A stretch of 62,293 bases of DNA, filler included, from Stramenopiles sp. TOSAG23-2 (GCA_900128395.1; 37 parts of 37 records of this genome joined end to end with filler, not necessarily neighbours in it), one strand, 5' to 3'; shown: positions 1 through 12,148, numbered from the whole stretch's first letter. The notes: generated by a model from the sequence alone, not told the origin. Translations and numbers: made by a program.

Positions 1-721
1 TTAAAAGATAGTAAGAAGGATAATAATTATAATCACCAAGACGACAATTCAATCGACGAAGAAACAAGTGTAAAATCACATGATAAACAGCCACCGATAA
101 AAGTTCCAAAAGCCAATAAAAATATATTGAAAAAATCATCGTCATCAACTCATAGTAAAAGTCATATTAAAAAAAATAAAAAATCGTTAAGTAATGAAGA
201 TTTTTTATATATTGATAAAATGTGTTCAAAAGGTATTAAATTGGTAAACAAAGGACAATATCAGAATGCTATAAAATTATTTAATCGATTATTATTGAAA
301 CACCCTGGGCAATATGTTGCATTGGTTACGCGTGGATCAGCATATTCTTTAATGAAACATGATGATTTAGCTATCAAAATTTTATTGGATTGCAAACTTT
401 GCACCATTATCACGTGGTTCGGCAGCTACCGCATATGTCACATTACATGCATCGTTATTATTATTTCATTTAAAGATAAAAAGTAATTCAATACCATCTA
501 AATTTCAATTAGATTTCATCGCATTGTTTTCCTCTAAATCAAATGAATTTATTGATAAAGTTAAGCAAAAATGGTTTCATATGAATAAAAATTTGGAATA
601 TATATCTAATAATAAAAATGCAAATGAGTTATTGTTGTTGCCACTTGTTCAAAATACATTTACAACTTATTATGAGATGTATCAAGCGATTAATGATATT
701 GATCGTAGTTGTGTTGGATGA
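1..721 (+). CDS. TTC13: TTC13/SRFR1-like TPR protein, 5'-truncated, with frame change/internal deletion near 375
   Basis: Frame 1 is open from base 1 and encodes a TPR (GIKLVNKGQYQNAIKLF...ALVTRGSAYSLMKHDDLAIK). Frame 2 (371-721) reads FYWIANFAPLSRGSAATAYV...IPSKFQLDFIAL...LPLVQNTFTT, matching the recalled TTC13/SRFR1 C-terminus (YYFYNLMPLSRGS...IPKG..VDFEA...LPSVSETFPT). Confidence 0.7.
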
Positions 722-1005
722 TAATATATACTATTGTACTTGCATCCGTATGGGTGTTGTATATATAACACCTTTTAAATTATCATGTGACGATTGGATA
801 TGTACCAACCAAAAAAAAACGTTGGTAAAAAATAATCACAACAACAATACTATTCCTATGGATGGTTGCTGCATGCATATAATATAGAATATTTACAATA
901 ATATAAGGAGACAGAATATGAATATAAATAATAAATGATCGTTATATCTATATGCATACAAATATACATATAAACAGAAAATGAGAATTATCATAAGAAC
1001 GGTTG

Positions 1006-1105
1006 NNNNNNNNNNNNNNNNNNNNNNNNNNNNNNNNNNNNNNNNNNNNTTAATTAATTAANNNNNNNNNNNNNNNNNNNNNNNNNNNNNNNNNNNNNNN
1101 NNNNN
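1006..1105. other. Artificial contig linker (first of 36 such N-TTAATTAATTAA-N spacers)
   Basis: A 100-nt block of Ns with a central TTAATTAATTAA (stops in all six frames) recurs about every 1.1 kb up to 29.8 kb and about every 3.26 kb after that; contig lengths fall within each group. Confidence 0.98.
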
Positions 1106-1480
1106 CTCCTCCTCCTCCTCCTCCTCCTCCTCCTCATCTATTACATCTTCTGTATCTCTCCTTCCGCTTACATCGGCCCCGTGTTGAAATGCCCGTCCAT
1201 CTGCTGTCATGAAAGGACCTTGACTATCACCCAAAAATTGCTCAGGAGTCCTGCGGAAGCGTGCAGCCCACGCATCATCGTGAAAAGAAACACCCCTATC
1301 GCGATTAATATCTCGCATAGAACCACCTCGACGCGAAATGTTCGCATTTTCATCGCGGCTCATCATTTCTTCGCCATTCAGGCAGTGGTTGACATTCTCT
1401 TCATCGACAAAACTGTTCGGATTTTCAAAGTCTCCTTCTTCATCCTCTTCCGTCATATCGTCATCTTCCTCTCCTCTTCC

Positions 1481-2110
1481 GAAGATCAAGATAAAGACCG
1501 GGATGGTCAACATCGCCTAGACCATAGTCTTGCCGCTGTGATAGATGCAGTATTGCGAGAAGATGATGAAGCTATGATGGAAAACATACGCGCAATGGAA
1601 GACGAAGAGGTAGAAGAAGCACTTTATGTGGAGGAGGAGGAGGAAGATGCTATGCTCGCAGATGAAGAAGCTATGATGGAAGACATACGCGCAATGGAAG
1701 ACGAAGAGGTAGAAGAAGCAGTTTATGAGGACATGACGACGAGTGATGATGACAACAACGCTGAAGACGAAGAGACAGGTTTCGAAGTTGGATCTGAATC
1801 GGACGATGACTTAATCATCGATGGACATGACTCTGACGATGATGGCGATGAAGATGACGACAGCGAAAATCATTTTGACGATTTCAGCGATGATGAACTG
1901 GATCCCGAGGACGAGAGAGAGATGGAAAGGCTTGTAGAGCGTGGTATGATTGATGAATTTGCTCGAGATGATAGACAACGTATTGGTAATCGAATTAGAC
2001 AAAGGAGTAATCAAATTGTACCAGTCGACAGTGATGGCGGTTATAGTGATGAAGAAGGAGAGGAAGATGACGATATGACGGAAGAGGATGAAGAAGGAGA
2101 CTTTGAAAAA
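1481..2110 (+). CDS. Highly acidic low-complexity protein fragment; its continuation lies inverted at 1106-1480
   Basis: D/E-rich ORF with an internal EAMMExIRAMEDEEVEEA duplication. 1422-1480 is essentially the reverse complement of ~2050-2109, and the minus-strand frame continues the protein. Confidence 0.55.
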
Positions 2111-2210
2111 NNNNNNNNNNNNNNNNNNNNNNNNNNNNNNNNNNNNNNNNNNNNTTAATTAATTAANNNNNNNNNNNNNNNNNNNNNNNNNNNNNNNNNN
2201 NNNNNNNNNN

Positions 2211-3050
2211 TCCTCTAGCATCTGATACAAATGCAATTTTAGTAACTCCACTGAAACCCAGTTCACCAGGTAAACGATTTGAATAATCTCTACGTCCTTT
2301 GCGCTCGCGTTTAGCTCGAGCCTTTTTTATTTTAATCTTTTTACGCCTTTTTTTATTTTTATGTTTACCGTCATAAATATCATCCCAAAATGCATCTTCA
2401 TCTTGGCCACCAGCCCAAAAATATTGACCTTCATCCTCATCATGTAACTCCAACAACTCAGCTGCATTTTCCCAACCCATATCAGCTGCTGACAGACCAG
2501 ACATTGCAGCAAGATCGTCCATCTCATTTGCTTTGACAGCAGATTGGACAGTGAAATTTGATGTTTTCTGAAAAATTTCCTCCAATTGCTCAGTCGTCAA
2601 TTCCTCGCCATTGTTATTATTGCTGCCACTGGTTTTACTAGCACCACCATCCATATCACCACTTTCACCTTCCTGCTGCTGTTGTTCACGAAATTGTTGT
2701 TTTACTTCTTCCAATTTTTGAAATTTTTTCATAATCATATCAACCGTCTCGCCCTCTTCAACATATCCAACATAATGTGACATAGATGGTTGCGAAAAAT
2801 TACTTTCGACTTCGCCTAAATCTTGTAAACGAGTCATTGCTTTTCGCGCTGCTGAACGTCTAGGGCGTCTTGATACTGGTGCAGCGGTTTTTGCATACGA
2901 ACCGCTGAAACTTGCATCCTCATTTTTTCGCTTTCCACGTCCTTTTTTCTTCTTTTTTGTATTTGTAGCTTTAGCATCATTGCCATTGGCTGTTTCAGCT
3001 GTTGTTTCAGTTGCTGGTTCTGTGGGAGTAGTAGTCGTCAATGATGTCAT
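2211..3050 (-). CDS. N-terminal part of a probable MT-A70-family (AMT1/MTA1-like) N6-adenine DNA methyltransferase, 3'-truncated
   Basis: Motifs SHYVGYVEEGETVDMIMKKFQKLEE and LEEIFQKTSNFTVQSA resemble the N-terminus I recall from MT-A70 proteins of early-diverging fungi and green algae. Basic NLS-like patches are present. The catalytic DPPW domain is not in the contig. Confidence 0.5.
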
Positions 3051-3620
3051 ACTATATTTCTTATTCCAGGTTTATTATTGAGAAACGAAATAGATAAATG
3101 ATAATATATTTATAATTATTTACTTTCTAGTTGTTTGTTGTATATATAGATATAGATATATCTTGTTGTATACATGTACATTTTTATTATCCTGTGTACA
3201 GTAGTGGTATTTATANNNNNNNNNNNNNNNNNNNNNNNNNNNNNNNNNNNNNNNNNNNNTTAATTAATTAANNNNNNNNNNNNNNNNNNNNNNNNNNNNN
3301 NNNNNNNNNNNNNNNAGTACATCTCAGGAGATGACTGTAATTGACTATTGTCACTATCTTCAATATCAGCAATTGAGTGAGACAGTTGAAGAACAACATC
3401 GTGGAGTATAATATATATATTGGCGTGGTTCGAGGTACTCGTATTTTTTTGAGGAGAGTATAGGAGTTCTATCACGCCCACGAGTAGAAAAATAAAAAAT
3501 TAACATACGCGCATTCTTCTTATTTTTTATTTCTACTCGTCGTGATAATTCCTACTCTCAAAATCAGTAACTGTGTGTAATTTTTAAAATTGGATTGTTA
3601 TCATACTAGTATCATAAGAT

Positions 3621-4320
3621 TTATTGTGCTTGCTCTTCTTTTGTCTTTTGCGGATTTTTAATTTGTATGTATCGATTGATAATATCAGTTGGGACTTTAC
3701 TCTGTTTTGTTAAATTATCAAAACAAAGTATAACATCACGTTGGGGAATCCAATTATACATCTTTGTAAAAGATCCATATCTTGTTACCATCTTAGAATT
3801 GATTTTCCGAGCATAAACTTCAATGGGATTATCAATACTATCATTACTATACGCAGGTTTAAAAGGCATACTAGTCATTTTTTTCTTATTTTTTTTATAG
3901 TTGTCATAATGATGTACTTGTACTTGGCCTGGATTAGTATGTGGATTCATATCGATAATTCTACCAACTCGAAAAGATCGTTGCTGTTTATCGTCCTCTG
4001 GCAATGCATTGTAAATAATCATTTTACCCGTGCTTATATCCCCTCTTGAACCGACCATCAAATTATTTACAGGTGCGATATTGTTACTTGTAGTAGATGT
4101 TACCCTTGGTTTCGTTTTTAACTGACGGCGACTTTTTTTCTTATCGATACTCGAGTTATTACGGCGTGGTCGAAGAGTTGTCTTTCCTGATGCACTGTTA
4201 TTATTTTTAGTTGATGTGACCCTTGGTTTCGTTTTTAATTGCCGACGACGACTTTTTTTCTTATCAATACTTGAGTTATTATGGCGTGGTCGAAGAGATG
4301 TCTTTCTTTTTTTACGGGGG
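3621..4320 (-). CDS. 5'-truncated basic protein with a ~40-aa tandem duplication; possibly a retroelement polyprotein C-terminus
   Basis: The frame is open from the contig end (PRKKRKTSLRPRHNNSSIDKKKSRRRQLKTKPRVTST, imperfectly twice), followed by a beta-rich domain (SFRVGRIIDM...VQVHHY...FDNLTKQSKVP). The retroelement link is weak inference. Confidence 0.4.
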
Positions 4321-5196
4321 NNNNNNNNNNNNNNNNNNNNNNNNNNNNNNNNNNNNNNNNNNNNTTAATTAATTAANNNNNNNNNNNNNNNNNNNNNNNN
4401 NNNNNNNNNNNNNNNNNNNNCAGGAAGTAATGGTAGGATCGCACGTGGAATTGCATCTAGGCGTGGTAGGAAAAAAAAGAAAAAAAGTGATGCAGATTTA
4501 AGTTTTAATCGTTTTTGGAAAGTTAATGGAAAGAAAGCGGGTGGGAAGTGAGAGATGTAATGATTTCTTTCGCGTTGCAAATAATGTATCTAGATGTATT
4601 AATCGATATCATATTTTTTAATTTTTACCGACCGGAATTAATCTTTGTGAAAGTTAGGTAAAACGCTGAGGTGTTTAAACGTTTTCAACTTTTATTAAAA
4701 CGTTTAAAACGAGGGAGAAATTTGAGATTTTTGGCACGTTGGCGCGTGATCTCTCTTGTAGTGTGTGGTAAATCGATACGAGTAAGGTGTGTGTTTTCGT
4801 TAAAAATTACCTCGTATATTTAGAGATCACTCGATCTTTCTATTACCTAAATTCTTTCAATTTAAATTCCTCTTGATCTCGCGATTATTATTTTTTTCGT
4901 ATTGTTTTCATCCATCAAGTATGAAAATTGATAGTGATGCATAATAAAACTGCACAATATTGGTAAAACTACTCAGAAAAATCATCAAATTTTCCGATTT
5001 TCAGCAGATATATACAATGTGCTTCAATATAGAAGTTAAAGTATAAGAAGGAAAGGAGATGCGGGTGTGTGCATGACCACATGGTGTAGGATATTACCAT
5101 AAACCCTTGTCGTATCGTCCTTATAATCGTATAGTTATATTTATTTGTGTTGTTTTGAGTTGTATGTTTGATTGCCTTTGACAATTATAGAATTTG

Positions 5197-5229
<33 letters not shown>

Positions 5230-5524
5230 GATAAATATATTAATTTAAAAAAAAATAAAATTAGCTAGATTAGCATTACATTTGGAGTACAAACATCTTA
5301 ATTATATATATATATATATAGATAGAAAAGCATCTCCATAACAAATCACAATATGTTCACCAATCATAATACAAATGCATCTCATCATCAACAACAGCAA
5401 CAACTCCCATTTTGTGCGTATACANNNNNNNNNNNNNNNNNNNNNNNNNNNNNNNNNNNNNNNNNNNNTTAATTAATTAANNNNNNNNNNNNNNNNNNNN
5501 NNNNNNNNNNNNNNNNNNNNNNNN

Positions 5525-6528
5525 TTGCTCAACCGCGCCACTGTTGACAATGATGCTTGCATTTACAGATGACTCTGCTAATCGTTCTAATGCTTTTGAA
5601 GCTGATTTTGCAGTTTCCCCAGATCGCGAAAGCCCTTTCATAATGGTTTCAACACCGCCATTTTCCACAATATCCATGGCATTGTCAGAATCAAGAGCTA
5701 AATTAGAAATAAGGGCAGTCATTTGCACAACCTTTTTATCTGAAATATTATCATCGTTCATGCACGCCAAAGCATCTGTTAAATCCTCGCCAGTCACTAA
5801 GGATGAAAGAAGTGCTCCGCCGCTATGTGCTAATTTTGCATCATCGGCATCAACGAAATCCATTGCGCTGATTACAGCATTAACAGCGCCACATTGTCGG
5901 ACATATTCAATGTTTTGCTCGTTATCACCGGCAAAACGGCGCATAAGTGCAAATGCTGGTTTTAAAAAACTCAAATCACGTTTTACTTTGACACCACTTG
6001 TATCATTAGCCATCTCTTTCTCCAGATCACTCAAATCCAGCGTTGAAATCAATGTTGCTATACCGCCACTTTGTACAATTTCATTCATTCCATCTTGGTC
6101 TTTTGATATTTTTTCTAAAGTTGACATGCAATTATTCAATACACCTGAGTTTTTTGTTTTAAACATAGCCATGACTTGAAATATTTTGTCCGTAGTACCC
6201 TTGTTGACAAAATTCTTTGATGATTTCGATGCAATTTTAGACATCGTCAATGTGGCAGACAAAGCACCAGAATCCATATTTCCTGCATTGGCTTGGATGG
6301 AATCTAAACAAGCATCCAAACTTCCAGATGAAACAACTGCTGCTGCGCCTTCCTCGCTTGTTGCAGCCTGGTCCATAACTGAAGTTGCAGCAAGTAATAA
6401 ACTTTCATCTCCTGAATTTGCCCGTACAGCAGCAGTACACGCTTTTAGACCACCATGCTTCAGAGCAAACTTTAAATTTTCATTCCAGTCAGGTAATGGA
6501 GGCGATACCAACTTACATAGGCACGATA
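5525..6528 (-). CDS. Armadillo-repeat protein (internal fragment)
   Basis: Contig-spanning ORF with ARM units (EIVQSGGIATLISTL, VRQCGAVNAVISAM, DIVENGGVETIMKGL, IIVNSGAVEQ). Confidence 0.85.
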
Positions 6529-6628
6529 NNNNNNNNNNNNNNNNNNNNNNNNNNNNNNNNNNNNNNNNNNNNTTAATTAATTAANNNNNNNNNNNNNNNN
6601 NNNNNNNNNNNNNNNNNNNNNNNNNNNN

Positions 6629-7159
6629 CCAATTTAAAATTGTTAATAGAATAATAACAACCACATTTGTTTCTTGTAACAATCGTTTTATAATTACTAA
6701 TGACACATTTTTATAATATAATATACCAATACATATTATTGCAGGTGTAGCAAATATAATCGCTGCAATATGTAATCCAACATTTCCGTCACCAGCAAGA
6801 AGAAAACATATCAACGCAAGGAAAGCAAAAATTCCTACCCCACGTTGCCCCCATTTTACACGCCAATCCAGCCGATCATCCATTTCAACATCTTCACCTA
6901 ATAATCTCATACTTTTACGTCGTACCGTATTATTATGATATATTTCTGCCCAAGAATTTCGACGTGGTGTATTCTTACGATTATCTTTTGGTATAGAGTT
7001 TAACTCCACATCGACGTTCGTAACTGTACTTGCCTTTTTTTTTTCCTTCATTGTTTTGTGTGTAGTATCATCATTCTTGTTCTGTTTGTTATTTTGTTCG
7101 AACAATTTAAGTTTGTTTCTAAGTTCATTATATTCCTCACGTGTTGGTGGATACCCCAT
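6629..7159 (-). CDS. Multi-pass membrane protein of unknown function, 3'-truncated
   Basis: ATG-initiated ORF with a hydrophilic N-terminus followed by three hydrophobic helices. Confidence 0.65.
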
Positions 7160-7329
7160 CTTCGCCTACGTATTATTAAACTTTCAGAATCATATATCTT
7201 CTGTTCATTGCTTCATCTATTTATATCTATTAAATGTATATGTATATCTATCTTGCATCATCTTGCCATCCTTAAATTCCTTGTTCAAGTTAAAGTAGTA
7301 TTTATTAGATTTACTATATTAATACAACC

Positions 7330-7612
7330 AATAACCAGGCCTGTGTACCTGTTAATCCGGAAGTCGGTAGGAAAATATCTAAGTATAATAATTAGTAGTC
7401 TAAATAAGAATCACAGAAATTGAAAGCATTTTGCTGCTAACCCTGTGCTACCTGTGGCTACTGTAACTTTACTTACCACAGGAAAATTCTTTAAAAAATC
7501 GCAAATTTCTCTTGAATATGGTGATTCTTATTTGGACTACTAATTATTGTACTTATCTGTATGATATTTTCCTACCTACTTACGGATTAACAGGTACACA
7601 GGACTGGTTATT
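7330..7612. mobile_element. MITE-like element with ~85-90 bp imperfect terminal inverted repeats
   Basis: 7330-7414 (AATAACCAGGCCTGTGTACCTGTTAATCCG...AATAAGAATCAC) is the reverse complement of 7521-7612, with a few substitutions and one indel; the interior is non-coding. Confidence 0.65.
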
Positions 7613-7984
7613 CGTAATGAAAAATAACCAGTNNNNNNNNNNNNNNNNNNNNNNNNNNNNNNNNNNNNNNNNNNNNTTAATTAATTAANNNNNNNNNNNN
7701 NNNNNNNNNNNNNNNNNNNNNNNNNNNNNNNNATTCAACACGTCTTGTAACTGGTTCAGCGGATTTAAGTGTAAAAGTATATATCATACACAAATTAATC
7801 CATCAAAACTCACAAAACTATATATATAAAACATTATTCAACAGATTTAAACATCGTTACCGTATACAGTAACAGTATATATACATGTCAATACAGACGC
7901 AATCATATCACAAACTGTAAGAAACAAAGTACGTATAAAATATATCATAAAGTGCGACGTAAAAAAATAATACAAAAATTAAAT

Positions 7985-8716
7985 ATGGCTGCTGGACAAC
8001 TCGTAAATGGAAAATGGAGTAAACAACTGACAGGTACAGGTTTGCGTCAAGTAAATGAGAAAGGAGAATTTGTTAGAACAGAAAGTGTATTTCGTAATCA
8101 AATAACAGCACCTGGAAGTGGTGGTATATATGAAGCGGAACCAAACAGGTATCATTTATTTGTACACATTAGCTGCCCATGGGCACACCGTACACTAGTA
8201 ACAAGGGCATATTTAGGTTTAGAAGATTCCATTGGTATTTCTGTGGGAGATTCACGTACTAATGAAGGATGGTGTTGGACAAGCAAAGCTGAACTTATAC
8301 CAATTGAACCATTTAAAAGTTTGCAATTAAATTGTCGCAAAGAGAATAAAAAGTTTCAGTTGCATCAGGTATATACAGCTGCTGATCCAGATGCAACCAC
8401 ACGTGTTACTGTCCCTGTATTATGGGATACAAAAACAAATAGTATTGTTAACAATGAATCTGCAGAAATTATACGTATGTTAAATGAACATTCACGTAGT
8501 TTTGGCGCAAAAAATTCTGAAATTAATCTTGTCCCTTTTCATTTAAGAAAAGAAATTGATGCTTTAAATGATAAAGTTTACTTTCATTTAAATAATGGTG
8601 TGTATCGCAGTGGCTTTTCTAAAGGAGATACAGCATATCATCAAGCAAGAAAGGAAGTATTTGAAGGTCTTGAATTTTTAGAAAATAGATTACAAAAAAC
8701 AAGATATTTATTTGGT
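7985..8716 (+). CDS. Glutathionyl-hydroquinone reductase (YqjG/ECM4, GST Xi class), first exon
   Basis: GEFVRTESVFRN, RYHLFVHISCPWAHRTL, RVTVPVLWD...IVNNESAEIIRML, NNGVYRSGF. GTAAGT at 8717 is a likely splice donor. Confidence 0.92.
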
Positions 8717-8844
8717 GTAAGTTTTCTACATTTTAANNNNNNNNNNNNNNNNNNNNNNNNNNNNNNNNNNNNNNNNNNNNTTAATTAATTAANNNNNNNN
8801 NNNNNNNNNNNNNNNNNNNNNNNNNNNNNNNNNNNNATTTTTTT

Positions 8845-9285
8845 TTACACTTTGACCATCTCCATTATTTCATCTAATGTTAACAATTGTTGTTTACCAT
8901 TTGACATGTTTTTTAATGTTAATTTATCTTGTATCATTTCCTCTTCACCTAAAAATATGACATATTTAACATGATTCTCATTTGCCCATTTCATTGATTT
9001 TTTAATGGATACAGTATTATCTTTTAAATCACGACTGCGATATACAATATATTCTTTGTTTTCATTTATAGAGATGCAATTTTTTAATTTCTTTCTCAAT
9101 TGATATGTCGTTGATAATGAGATGTTTAATAGTTTTTCTTTATTACTAGATTCCATTTTCTTATCGATCAATGGGATTAACATTATAGCAATGTTATTTT
9201 CCTGATCTATTTTTTCATTTCTAACTTTATGTAAAAAATTAGAAGTACTTGTATTAACAGGATCATTGCCATCTATATCTTCCTC
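8845..9285 (-). CDS. Histidyl-tRNA synthetase-type anticodon-binding C-terminal domain (terminal exon/fragment)
   Basis: SIKKSMKWANENHVKYVIFLGEEEMIQDKLTLKNMSNGKQQLLTLDEI is the HGTP anticodon-domain pattern. The frame is open to about 9285, where a possible AG acceptor lies. Confidence 0.7.
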   Translation of the reverse strand, partial: EEDIDGNDPVNTSTSNFLHKVRNEKIDQENNIAIMLIPLIDKKMESSNKEKLLNISLSTTYQLRKKLKNCISINENKEYIVYRSRDLKDNTVSIKKSMKWANENHVKYVIFLGEEEMIQDKLTLKNMSNGKQQLLTLDEIMEMVKV

Positions 9286-9940
9286 TATTATCTATTATCT
9301 ATTGTATCTGATGGCATAGATATTTTCAATGATATGCTGCATAAAACATAACAATTTTCAATTTTCACAATGACATCATTTTGATTTCATAGATACAATG
9401 GTGATAATGCAAGGTTTTTTATGGAAGTGCTATATTTTTCCCAGTGCTGTGTATATAGTATTTTCGATATCGAAAGCCTAATACAAACTCTGAAAACGCT
9501 ATACTACTAATCTCAGTATTGATTCCCGCAAAAAAATCCAAATAGTTGTACCTGATAGAATATAGAAATATATATAGGAAAAAACGTTTGATGCATCGTA
9601 TTTACCTGCTAAAGGTTAGCTATAGCTATTTTGAACTATAAGAAAAAGTTTGAAATTCTCCCGCCACCCTAACTCTAACCCAATGCACTATATGGAATCG
9701 TGAAAATCCTAATCACTATTATTTCTATATCTTGAATTAAGGGAAACAATATTAATATATAGATTTAAGATATTAATACAAATTAAAATATATACTAATA
9801 CAGATGTACATATATCATTTCATATAGATATCTCAATAATNNNNNNNNNNNNNNNNNNNNNNNNNNNNNNNNNNNNNNNNNNNNTTAATTAATTAANNNN
9901 NNNNNNNNNNNNNNNNNNNNNNNNNNNNNNNNNNNNNNNN

Positions 9941-10944
9941 AAACAGCTCCACCTGTTGTAATTGCAACTACGTAATGTCCGTTCATACTCATTCCAATTT
10001 TTGTAGCATCTTGGCACTTCAGACGATCTAATAATTGATTTGACATAGTATTCCATATATGTATATCGCCTTTTCCATCTAACGTTGCGGCATTTACACC
10101 ATGAGCAGAAATGCAACAAGAAACTATGATTTCTTTATATTTTGAGATGGAAGATAAAAAGATCAAATTTTTTCCGTCGTCTGTGTATGCATCAATGTTA
10201 TTATCGTCATTTTCTTTCATCCCTTTGGTTTCTATATCTGCATGCCGCTTCCTTGCAAGGGAGAGATTGGGTAATTTATCTAAATCCCATAAATACAAGT
10301 ATCCATGTTTATAATCATTTCCAAATGTTGTTACAATAAATTGATCTGTAATAGAAAACGAATTTGAAAAATTACGCATATATCTGCTTGTAATACAGGA
10401 TACTTTGATCAGTTGGTGTGTATCTGATGCATATTGCCATATGATGATACCTTTTTGCTGATTTGCGCAGATTAAAATTGGCACTTCTAATGCTTTCGAA
10501 TTATGCCATGATAAAGCGAGGATACAACCCCCAACATTGTGCTGATATATATGCTCATCATCCATTTTCTGGATATTTAATTTGCCATATAAAGTGCCAG
10601 TTGCAACAATATTTTTTTCTTCTAAATTTGCAACGCATACGAGGCCTTTGTTCTTTTGTAATATTCTATGAATTTTTTCCGCTTTTCCTTCATTATTATT
10701 ATTATTATTATCATCGCTATCAGTTTTGTCCATCATATTTATGTTTAAATTGTCCCCATTGGATTGAATATGGAACAGAATGGAATCGTCAACATTCAAT
10801 GACGCTAATATTACATATATGTCATTTCCATCATTTAACGCATTTAAACTTAAGACTTCGGTATTTGCTGGGATTGGAAGAGTTTCTGCTAAGTACATTT
10901 TTATGTTATCTGCATCAACTATGACATTATTTTCTTGTAATGAG
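9941..10944 (-). CDS. WD40-repeat protein fragment
   Basis: VATGTLYGKLNIQ, ILALSWH, GYLYLWDL and AATLDGKGDIHIWNT are WD40-type strands. Confidence 0.75.
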
Positions 10945-11756
10945 NNNNNNNNNNNNNNNNNNNNNNNNNNNNNNNNNNNNNNNNNNNNTTAATTAATTAA
11001 NNNNNNNNNNNNNNNNNNNNNNNNNNNNNNNNNNNNNNNNNNNNATATATGTAGACTCTCTACAAACAGAGAGTTTAAAAAAGATATTCAATTTATTAAC
11101 ATTAGTTGCATTAATAATTGTAGTAAAAAAAAATAAAATAATAATAATATGCCTCATAGCTTACATTATGTAAGCCAGTAAGCTTAGTCTACCACCATAT
11201 ACCACGACGGTGGTATTATTATAGATCTATATTTATACTGAACTGGTGGTATTTGTACGCTTCGCTCGCAATCGCAATGCTAAGTTTATATACAGTGTAC
11301 TGTACTGTAATATGCTCTCAGGTACCCGGAGTAAGTCCTATGAAAAGGGGGTGTGTTTTTCAAAGTTTCAATTATTTATTTGGAGAGCAACGAGAAGACG
11401 GTGGTCATGAGTGCATGATTATAAATAAAAAAATGCCGTACGGCGAGGGCCCTACATTTGTTTTTTAAGGGGTGGTGTGAGTTAGGATGAGGTGATTTTT
11501 GTATATTTGCAGCAATCTGGCAATCGGGCAATCCTGGCGGGCTGGCAATGTTTGTAAAGTCAATAAATACTTTAACTTAGCACAAATTTCACTAATATTT
11601 AGAAATGAGTGCTAAAATCGTAAATAGCGGAAGCTACCATTGTTGTACTATAATTCCTTTTTTATACTGTTGGTTTTAACATTTCACCCTATGTGACATT
11701 TTTCAATTTTAAGACCTGCTGTATACCTACTATTTTATGGTGATTTGTGACATATA

Positions 11757-12048
11757 ACACCTGCTGTGTACCTGGGGCAAAACGGAGAAATATCGCCTGC
11801 TGTGTACCTGGGAAAATTTGGAGAAATATCGCCTGCTGTGTACCTGAGAAAATTCGGAAAATATTGCCTGCTGTGTACCTGGAAAATTTGGAAAATAAAG
11901 CCTGCTGTGTACCTGGGAAATTTGGAGAAATATCGCCTGCTGTGTACCTGGGAAAATTCGGAAAATATCGCCTGCTGTGTACCTGGAAAATTTGGAAAAT
12001 AAAGCCTGCTGTGTACCTGGGAAATTTGGAGAAATATCGCCTGCTGTG
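11757..12048. repeat. Minisatellite, 34-36 bp unit (CTGCTGTGTACCTGG..AAATTTGGA.AAATATCGC), ~9 copies, runs off the contig end
   Basis: CTGCTGTG units start at 11761, 11797, 11833, 11868, 11902, 11937, 11972, 12006 and 12041. Confidence 0.95.
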
Positions 12049-12148
12049 NNNNNNNNNNNNNNNNNNNNNNNNNNNNNNNNNNNNNNNNNNNNTTAATTAA
12101 TTAANNNNNNNNNNNNNNNNNNNNNNNNNNNNNNNNNNNNNNNNNNNN

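Noticed and set aside
3422-3440. tRNA/SINE B-box (GGTTCGA)
   Set aside because: No cloverleaf or A-box, and the T-stem does not close.
11757-12048. CRISPR array (35-bp periodicity)
   Set aside because: There are no unique spacers: the whole unit is repeated head-to-tail. No cas genes are present and the context is eukaryotic.
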